A DNA stretch of 64,000 bases from a phage. The notes below the pieces were generated by a model. The model worked only from the letters and a program-made list of their open reading frames with translations. It did not search any database and had not been told where the DNA came from. This document shows, piece after piece, positions 28,681 to 34,830 of this stretch. Each line of letters opens with the position of its first letter. Position 1 is the stretch's first letter. The position numbers and the translations under genes were made by a program. The stretch lies in the sequence record NC_094493.1; one strand, written 5' to 3'.

Positions 28681-29235
28681 ATGAAATACTTTGTAACAAG
28701 CGACACACACTTTCTCCACCAGCGGGTCATGGAGTTTGATTCATGTCAAAAACACAGATCTCAGTATGATCACAATCTTGACAGTATGAATGCGGGAATC
28801 ATCACCAAGTGGAACTCTGTTGTGTCACCTGCAGACACTGTGTTTCACTTGGGAGATATTGCGTGCACTAATGATAAGAATATCAACAAATTGCTCCCAG
28901 ATGTTCTAAATATGTTGAACGGACATATTATTCTTGTTCGTGGTAACCATGACACAAGGACGACTGTCAGAATTATGAAAGAGTTCGGTCATGAGGTTGT
29001 AGATTATTACGAGCTTCGCCACAACAAGAATTTGATCTGTATGAGCCATTACCAGTTTGCAAAGTGGAACAGAAAGCCTCACGGATCAGTCCAACTGTTC
29101 GGTCATGCTCACGGAACCACACAGCAGTTGTTTGGCAGGCAGTTTGATGTCGGTTGGGATGTGTGGGGGAGACTCTTACCATTAGAAGAGGCATACCGTA
29201 TTGCAATGAGTCTTGCTATTGACAGCGGGGAGTAA
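28681..29235 (+). CDS. calcineurin-like metallophosphatase
   Basis: 184 aa from ATG 7 nt after kinase stop with GAGGA RBS; motifs SDTHF, GDIA, GNHD, GHAH. Confidence 0.75.
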   Translation: MKYFVTSDTHFLHQRVMEFDSCQKHRSQYDHNLDSMNAGIITKWNSVVSPADTVFHLGDIACTNDKNINKLLPDVLNMLNGHIILVRGNHDTRTTVRIMKEFGHEVVDYYELRHNKNLICMSHYQFAKWNRKPHGSVQLFGHAHGTTQQLFGRQFDVGWDVWGRLLPLEEAYRIAMSLAIDSGE

Positions 29236-29282
29236 TCCCTGCTATTTTAAAGAAAATTGCCACACAAGGAGAATCAGGAGAT

Positions 29283-29633
29283 ATGAAAGATGGGGATAAG
29301 CTGCTATATCTTAAAGTCCCCCTTGAAATACTGTCTATGTCAAAAGTTTTGAATGACACAACTGGGGAGGTTGTTGTTCTTGACTTATATGACAAGATCG
29401 TATACTGCTACCTGCACAACTGGTATAAGCTTGGAGGAAATTCACGCTTCACACCCAGCACAAGGAAAATTGCAGCAGATGTTGGGATAAAGAAAACAAA
29501 AGCAGCAGCGTGCGTTAAAACTTTAGAATGTGCAGGAGTGGTTGAAATATCCACACAAGGGAGAGGTAAAAGATGTACATTTTCCAAAGTTTTGCCACCA
29601 GAAGAGGTTATTCGAATGTCAACAACTGGTTAG
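29283..29633 (+). CDS. hypothetical protein, possible HTH DNA-binding
   Basis: 116 aa; helix-turn-helix-like TRKIAADVGIKKTKAAACVKTL; immediately upstream of palindrome array. Confidence 0.3.
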   Translation: MKDGDKLLYLKVPLEILSMSKVLNDTTGEVVVLDLYDKIVYCYLHNWYKLGGNSRFTPSTRKIAADVGIKKTKAAACVKTLECAGVVEISTQGRGKRCTFSKVLPPEEVIRMSTTG

Positions 29634-29709
29634 ACCAGTAAAAACTTAAATATCTGTACTATAAGGATTCGTATGTTTTATGTTCGCTCTGGAACAGAGG
29701 TCAGTAACT

Positions 29710-29788
29710 GTCCGTGATACGGACACTACTGTCCGTCACGCGGACACATCTGCCCGTAATACGGACACTAACTGTCCGTGATACGGAC
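29710..29788. repeat. array of four 15-bp palindromes GTCCGT-N3/4-ACGGAC
   Basis: copies start near 29710, 29731, 29752, 29774 (21-22 bp spacing); followed by AT-rich tract with AGTAC...GTACT palindromes. Confidence 0.7.
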
Positions 29789-29929
29789 ACATAAAGAATA
29801 TAACTAAAATAACTAAATAATAAAAATAAAAGATCTAGTACTTATGGTACTAAGTACATATACTTAACTTATGTAGAATATACTAGATCCTAAGTACCAT
29901 GTTTTAAAATTATTACTTACTATAGGTAG

Positions 29930-30180
29930 TGTCGGCCCTTCATTGGCACTCGCCTACGAGGGGCGAGATGCCGGGCCTCCTTGGTGCACACAATAACAGA
30001 AGTGCATACATGCAGGTCTGTTAACATGTGTGGGAGCGAAGCGATAGCGCAGGCCAAAGGCCGAGCACTGATGTGGACCACCGACGAAAGCTTGCCAGCG
30101 CCGTAAGGAGTCGGTTGAGAGTCTCCCGCGCGAGCTTGGATGAAGTTTATGTGTGGAAACTGACAAGAAGGCCCCTAAAT
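29930..30180. ncRNA. candidate structured non-coding RNA (GC-rich island, strand undetermined)
   Basis: about 250 nt visibly GC-rich in AT-rich context, no credible ORF, local hairpins (ctcgcc/ggcgag; ccgac...gtcgg). Confidence 0.25.
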
Positions 30181-30292
30181 CGCTCCACAGCTATATAAAC
30201 TATACCAGGTAATGCAATCGCACCAGTTTGATAGAAAAGCTCGTTACAAAGTGATACAGTGAGTTTTTCTATAACTTGAAGAGGAGGCGGCT

Positions 30293-30871
30293 ATGGGTTC
30301 ACGCAAAGATGACCGTGAAAAGATTGCAAAACGTTATCAGAATGAAGAACAGATGGAGAAAACTTTCAAATGGAAGCCTGGTTTCCAGCGTAATCATTCT
30401 AACGCTCGTGATCGTAAGCATCCAGATAAGTGGCTAACACCGCCAAATGATGGCATGCAGGTTGGTGATGAGAAGGAGATGTCACCTGGAAAAGATGGCA
30501 ACTACATTCGCACTAAGGAAGCTGGTCCAAAGGATGACAGCTATCTTGTAGATAAGGTTCTTAATGGTATTGATGTAGATGTTGACACTGCACGAAACCT
30601 TTTTCTTGGTTGGTATCGTACAGGGTTTTTCGACATCAAGGCTATTCGTCGTGTTTGTGATATTAAAAAGTCTGCCTATGATGATGACTCCCTACATCGC
30701 ACTCTGAGACAATACTCAGAGAGATACGGTCATCCAGTTATCACTCTTGACGATATTAACGAAGTGATGTATCATGCAGAGGTTGTTGCAGGTAGATTCG
30801 GTGATGCATATCTAGATATCCTTTCTGCAAAGGATGAGGTAATGTTAAATAAGATTTACTATGAACGCTGA
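30293..30871 (+). CDS. hypothetical protein
   Basis: 192-aa ORF with GAGGAGG RBS; no motif recognised. Confidence 0.4.
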   Translation: MGSRKDDREKIAKRYQNEEQMEKTFKWKPGFQRNHSNARDRKHPDKWLTPPNDGMQVGDEKEMSPGKDGNYIRTKEAGPKDDSYLVDKVLNGIDVDVDTARNLFLGWYRTGFFDIKAIRRVCDIKKSAYDDDSLHRTLRQYSERYGHPVITLDDINEVMYHAEVVAGRFGDAYLDILSAKDEVMLNKIYYER

Positions 30872-31070
30872 GGGGTGCTTAATGAACAATCCGGTAGCAA
30901 AGAACTGTAATAAGTTCAACAAGTCTGCAATTCACACTGACAGGAAAAAGAGCTGGTCTCCTGACATTGACGAGGAGCTTGAGAGTTACTTTGAAGACAT
31001 GGTCACCAATGCAGATGAGGTTGCGATTAAAGAATACGCAGACAGGAAGGATAAGGCCGGAATCTGTTGA
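30861..31070 (+). CDS. hypothetical small protein
   Basis: 69-aa ORF overlapping stop of upstream gene. Confidence 0.3.
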   Translation: MNAEGCLMNNPVAKNCNKFNKSAIHTDRKKSWSPDIDEELESYFEDMVTNADEVAIKEYADRKDKAGIC

Positions 31071-31095
31071 CAAAAATAGTGTTACCTGATAAGAT
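31067..31095 (+). promoter_or_regulatory. sigma70-type promoter
   Basis: TTGACA-17nt-TAAGAT upstream of 31147..31389. Confidence 0.5.
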
Positions 31096-31146
31096 CTGCA
31101 ATATGATGTGATGCAATTTTAACTTACGAGGTCTACAGGTAATGCT

Positions 31147-31389
31147 ATGTTTAAGGTTAAGCTCGTTTTTCGTTCCATGAATGAGGATTATTTAGAAGAT
31201 GAAGGTGAATTTCGTGCACTGGATGATGCAATAGATTTTGCCAACGACTTAGCTTGTATGAATACAGGTTATGGGCTATGTTGTTGGGATGGTGGTGTTC
31301 AGATCGGTGATAGCAAGATCTTCTACTTCTACCCTGAGCCTGATAACAAACAAATTAAGTATGTTTTATTTATTTGTGCTTTACAATGA
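31147..31389 (+). CDS. hypothetical protein
   Basis: 80-aa ORF; acidic. Confidence 0.35.
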   Translation: MFKVKLVFRSMNEDYLEDEGEFRALDDAIDFANDLACMNTGYGLCCWDGGVQIGDSKIFYFYPEPDNKQIKYVLFICALQ

Positions 31390-31429
31390 GGTTGTTTTCG
31401 TGTATCATGATGAATATCCAATTTAAAGA

Positions 31430-31680
31430 TGAATTTGATGGCTTTATCTCTGGATGCTTTGAAACAGGGTTCGGAGAAGGCTGAGTTCCCCTTAGAGGGC
31501 TTGATAGTGCACCACACTTAAAATGGTAGGGGCAGCCAGCACATGACGATGTGACCCCAGCCAACCTGTAACAAGGTCGAGCCGAAGCGCGGGTAATAGG
31601 CCTCTGGTAACCCACTTGTTGGGTCTTGCTGGTCCAGGACGCTGGACAAGTCGCAGGGAATACCACCCTGCGGCGAACTT
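31430..31680. ncRNA. candidate structured non-coding RNA (GC-rich island, strand undetermined)
   Basis: about 250 nt GC-rich, no credible ORF; perfect small hairpins cacat-GACG-atgtg, gtccag-GACG-ctggac, caggg-aatacca-ccctg. Confidence 0.3.
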
Positions 31681-31707
31681 GACAATCAGTATTTGCTATG
31701 ATAAAAT
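31679..31707 (+). promoter_or_regulatory. sigma70-type promoter
   Basis: TTGACA-17nt-TAAAAT; GGAGG RBS and ATG at 31736 follow. Confidence 0.55.
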
Positions 31708-31735
31708 CCACCTATCACGTGATAATGGAGGAAAC

Positions 31736-32074
31736 ATGGCGGATACAACTAAAAAGCGTCGCCGTAGAGGCAGACCTCTGAAAGAGGAGTCCAACGCCAT
31801 TCAGCTAGAGAAGAACATCCTTGATATGAAGGAATCTTTTATAGCGATGGTTCCAGAAGCTCACAAAGTTTTAAGAGAGCTGATGTTGGACCCGAAAACC
31901 AAACAAAATATTCGTCAAAGCATTGCAGAGTATGTTCTTGATAAGGCAGACCGAATGCAGGAAGAATATGATGAGATGTTTGGTGAAGAGGAAGAGGTGG
32001 TAGTGGAAGAGGCTGAAAAACCAGCACCTTTTATGCCATTTACTACAGAAATACAGCCTGTTAGCAATAGCTAA
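31736..32074 (+). CDS. small DNA-binding protein with AT-hook-like motif and acidic tail
   Basis: 112 aa from ATG; N-terminal KKRRRRGRPLKEE, C-terminal EEYDEMFGEEEEVVVEE. Confidence 0.4.
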   Translation: MADTTKKRRRRGRPLKEESNAIQLEKNILDMKESFIAMVPEAHKVLRELMLDPKTKQNIRQSIAEYVLDKADRMQEEYDEMFGEEEEVVVEEAEKPAPFMPFTTEIQPVSNS

Positions 32075-32083
32075 AATATTTTC

Positions 32084-32112
32084 TTGACAAACTTTGCTTA
32101 ACAGTGTAATAT
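32084..32112 (+). promoter_or_regulatory. sigma70 consensus promoter of tRNA cluster
   Basis: TTGACA-17nt-TAATAT about 60 nt upstream of first tRNA. Confidence 0.6.
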
Positions 32113-32170
32113 TGTAAACATGGTCTCCCACCTTTTCTGGCGGCTAAGGTGTAAAAGAAAGCCACCCAGT

Positions 32171-32245
32171 GCCCTGTTAGCTTAGTGGATAAAGCAGCGG
32201 CCTTCTAAGCCGTTGACACTGGTTCGAGTCCAGTACGGGGTGCCA
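32171..32245 (+). tRNA. tRNA-Arg (anticodon TCT)
   Basis: cloverleaf drawn by hand: acceptor gccctgt/acggggt, anticodon loop cttctaa, T-loop ttcgagt, encoded CCA. Confidence 0.75.
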
Positions 32246-32249
32246 AATT

Positions 32250-32336
32250 GGGGAGTTATCCCGTAGAGGTAGCGGTGTAGACTGTAAATCTATTGTCATT
32301 GCGACTCGGGTGGTTCGACTCCACCACTCCCCACCA
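32250..32336 (+). tRNA. tRNA-Tyr (anticodon GTA), long variable arm
   Basis: acceptor ggggagt/actcccc, anticodon loop ctgtaaa, T-arm ggtgg-ttcgact-ccacc, CCA; 87 nt. Confidence 0.75.
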
Positions 32337-32450
32337 AATTTATATTTTTAGATGCATAAATAATACAGATAATGGCATTGATATTTATCGTCGTTTATAC
32401 TAGTCACTAACTGCTCGAAAATCAGTGTCATTATCAGTATAATTTATAAA

Positions 32451-32541
32451 GGAGGGTAGGGAGCAATGGTGCTCAAGCGGTCTTGAAAACCGTCCCGTTG
32501 AGGATGACTCGATGATGGTTCGATTCCATTACTCTCCGCCA
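32451..32541 (+). tRNA. tRNA-Ser (anticodon TGA), long variable arm
   Basis: acceptor ggagggt/actctcc, anticodon stem gcggt/accgt with loop cttgaaa, T-loop ttcgatt, CCA; about 91 nt. Confidence 0.7.
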
Positions 32542-32639
32542 CATTGTTGACCTTGTAATTAAGCGAAAGCCGGAAGCAGAACCGGATTATCAAATGTTAC
32601 AGTCGTCATCGCCGACTAGCAACATGGTCAACATACTGA

Positions 32640-32736
32640 GCTAGGTAAGCCCTTTGGCAAGGGCGAGGATTTTTAATCCTGAAAATAGACGAGGTAGTCG
32701 TTGAATACATAGGTGGTTCGATTCCATCACCTAGCA
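32640..32736 (+). tRNA. atypical tRNA-like gene (possible tRNA-Lys TTT variant, about 97 nt)
   Basis: acceptor gctaggt/acctagc, D-arm gccc...gggc, T-arm ggtgg-ttcgatt-ccatc; anticodon arm aggatttttaatcct ambiguous; about 30-nt extra arm; no CCA. Confidence 0.45.
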
Positions 32737-32743
32737 CCTTTTT

Positions 32744-32819
32744 GCTGATGTAGCACAATCGGTAGTGCAATTGATTTGTAATCAATAGGTTGTAGGTTCA
32801 AGTCCTGCCATCAGCACCA
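32744..32819 (+). tRNA. tRNA-Thr (anticodon TGT)
   Basis: acceptor gctgatg/catcagc, anticodon stem attga/tcaat with loop tttgtaa, T-loop ttcaagt, CCA. Confidence 0.75.
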
Positions 32820-32820
32820 A

Positions 32821-32895
32821 GGCCCTGTAGCTGGAAGGTTCAAGCAAGCGACTCATAATCGCCAGACGGTGGTTCAATTCCACCCAGGGCCACCA
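32821..32895 (+). tRNA. tRNA-Met/Ile2 (anticodon CAT), elongator-type
   Basis: acceptor ggccctg/cagggcc with paired 1-72, anticodon loop ctcataa, T-arm ggtgg-ttcaatt-ccacc, CCA. Confidence 0.7.
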
Positions 32896-32906
32896 AATAG
32901 TAAATA

Positions 32907-32983
32907 CTCCGCGTAGCTCAGCTTGGTAGAGCGCCTGATTTGGGATCAGGAGGTCGAGTGTTCGAATCACTCCGTGGAGACCA
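32907..32983 (+). tRNA. tRNA-Pro (anticodon TGG)
   Basis: acceptor ctccgcg/cgtggag, anticodon stem cctga/tcagg with loop tttggga, T-loop ttcgaat, CCA. Confidence 0.75.
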
Positions 32984-33029
32984 CTTTCAGTTATACTTTA
33001 AACATATACAAACAAAAGGAACCTTTAAA

Positions 33030-33299
33030 ATGTATACACTTAAAATTGTAGAGCGTGTAAATCCAACTCATACCGTAGATTTTCGTGACGATTTCAATCC
33101 TCTGGCTGTAAATCTTCGAGAGTCATATCATGAACTCAGCTGCGATGCAGTGGTGGTCTTTTTTGAAGACAACTCTGAAGGGGCGGTAGCTTGTGTTGTT
33201 GATAGTGAGCAGAAGTTTTATATTTACAGAGATGTAGATGCATACTTGATGAATGAAAATGCAGTTACTGTTAGAATCATCCACCGAGTGCCTCGATAA
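33030..33299 (+). CDS. hypothetical protein
   Basis: 89 aa from first ATG after tRNA-Pro (track ORF 32940 starts inside the tRNA). Confidence 0.35.
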   Translation: MYTLKIVERVNPTHTVDFRDDFNPLAVNLRESYHELSCDAVVVFFEDNSEGAVACVVDSEQKFYIYRDVDAYLMNENAVTVRIIHRVPR

Positions 33300-33353
33300 G
33301 TATTAGTCTCCTTTTAGTTAGTTTCGATCTATTTAGGTTACTCAATTTTAACC

Positions 33354-33386
33354 CGCCCCGTTAGCTGTATAGCTGCGGGGTTTTTT
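33354..33386 (+). terminator. rho-independent terminator
   Basis: ccccg...cgggg stem enclosing agctgtatagct, followed by TTTTTT. Confidence 0.5.
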
Positions 33387-33404
33387 CGTTTCTGGAGCCT
33401 TAAA

Positions 33405-33803
33405 ATGATTTCAGTTTTAACATGGCTGAGTAGGTATAGAGGGATCATAAAAGGTTTAGTTTTTGCAGCTGCGATAGGTACAGCTTATCTTGGAGCCGTG
33501 TATTGGTTTAACTCTAAGCTTAATGATGCCTACCAAGAAGGTGTGTCAGCAACAGAGTTAAAGTGGGAACGGATCCTTGATCAGCAACAAAAGCAGGCCG
33601 ACAAAATTAAAATGGGCCACGCAGAGGAGGTTAAAAACCTTGAAAAATCCCTTTCTGACCTGCAGGATAAATTAAATATGGCTGAGAAGGCAGGTAAAGA
33701 AAAGCAGATTATTTACCTCCAATCACCTGAGGGTAAGAAGTCAACACTCCCTGATCAGCTTATAGATATTTATAATGAGAGTATTAATCAGGAGGGTCGA
33801 TGA
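33405..33803 (+). CDS. i-spanin (Rz-like)
   Basis: 132 aa; N-terminal TM helix IIKGLVFAAAIGTAYLGAVYWF then charged coiled-coil region; 4-nt overlap with lipoprotein gene. Confidence 0.5.
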   Translation: MISVLTWLSRYRGIIKGLVFAAAIGTAYLGAVYWFNSKLNDAYQEGVSATELKWERILDQQQKQADKIKMGHAEEVKNLEKSLSDLQDKLNMAEKAGKEKQIIYLQSPEGKKSTLPDQLIDIYNESINQEGR

Positions 33804-34087
33804 GAGTTGCTGCACTGTTTATTGTGTGCTTGTTATTGTGTGGGTGTGCAACCAGCGTTGAGAGAGAATACAAGATTGACCCTCCAGATGTAGGAAGGTT
33901 GATTGTTAAACCCCCGGAAGGTGCCATGAAACCACCTGCTAAAGCTATACCTTTAAAGAAAGGTGCGCCAGATGCGGTGAATTCTGGCATTATGAGGGAT
34001 AATAATCTGTCTTGTAGCAATGATAGAGCTAAATTGATCATTTTGCAAGACTATATTAGAACACTGTTTCCAAAGGAGAGAGGTTAA
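33800..34087 (+). CDS. o-spanin (Rz1-like lipoprotein)
   Basis: 95 aa; signal peptide with lipobox LLLCGCAT, Pro-rich mature part. Confidence 0.55.
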   Translation: MRVAALFIVCLLLCGCATSVEREYKIDPPDVGRLIVKPPEGAMKPPAKAIPLKKGAPDAVNSGIMRDNNLSCSNDRAKLIILQDYIRTLFPKERG

Positions 34088-34830
34088 TGTCTAAGATTTA
34101 CGGACCGTGTTCTGAAAAGCAGAAGATGATCCTAGAAAACGATGCAGATATTTTGGTAATCGGCGGTGCCGCAGGGTCTGGCAAGTCGTTCCTCTTGCAG
34201 TTGATGCCGCTTAAAATTATTGATGACCCCCACAGCTCTGTGGTTATGTTCCGAAGAACAACCCCACAGTTGGAAGGTGAGGGTGGACTATGGCCTAAAG
34301 CAGTAGCTATTTATAGTGATCTGCCTGAAAACATTAAGCCAAAGTTCAGAGAGAAGGATCATAAGTTCATTTTTCCACGGTTTGATCCGAACACTGGCAA
34401 GTGGGATAGGAGCAAAAAGGGAGCTGTTGTAAAATACTGCCACATGGAGTATGTACAAGATAAGCTTAACCATCAAGGGCTTGAGTACACCATGGTTTGC
34501 TTCGATGAGGGAACGCAGTTCGAATGGGAGCAGATAGACTATCTGATGTCTCGTCTGCGATCTCAGTCAAAGTATCCATCAAGAATGGTTATCAGCTGTA
34601 ACCCAGATTCAGAACACATGCTTGCCAAACTGGTTAGATGGTGGTTGGACGATGAAGGGTATCCAGATCCGGAGAAATGCGGTAAGAAAAGATATTTTAT
34701 CCGACGCGACGGTGAATTTATCTGGGGAGACTCTAAAGAAGAGTTGATAGAGAAATACACCACGGTTAACGGACTGGGTGTGGAGATCAAGCCAAGACCG
34801 TTGTCATTCTCGTTTATAGGCGCAACCATT
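34087..34830 (+). CDS. terminase large subunit, exon 1 (ATPase domain)
   Basis: Walker A LVIGGAAGSGKSF, Walker B MVCFDEGTQ; proposed 5' splice site after T34829/34830, in-frame TGA at 34834 lies in intron. Confidence 0.8.

Noticed and set aside
29710-29788. Possible CRISPR-like repeat array
   Set aside because: Repeats are 15-bp palindromes separated by only about 6 bp, with no spacer-sized unique segments and no cas genes; better explained as protein-binding sites.
30040-30110. Hammerhead-ribozyme-like CUGAUG...GAAA string in the GC island
   Set aside because: Does not fit the CUGANGA-stem II-GAAA consensus and no stem II or cleavage-site triplet could be drawn.
29954-30166. 70-aa minus-strand ORF inside the first GC-rich island
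   Set aside because: Low-complexity Ser/Arg/Pro/His-rich translation, no RBS, lies in a compositionally odd non-coding stretch; treated as non-coding.
31370-31711. 113-aa minus-strand ORF spanning the second GC-rich island
   Set aside because: Translation is low-complexity, runs antisense to a plus-strand promoter and gene start, no RBS; treated as a spurious ORF.
32447-32480. Apparent RBS plus start codon (aaaggagggtagggagcaATGgtg) suggesting a small gene
   Set aside because: The sequence is the acceptor stem and D-arm of tRNA-Ser; the reading frame stops after six codons.
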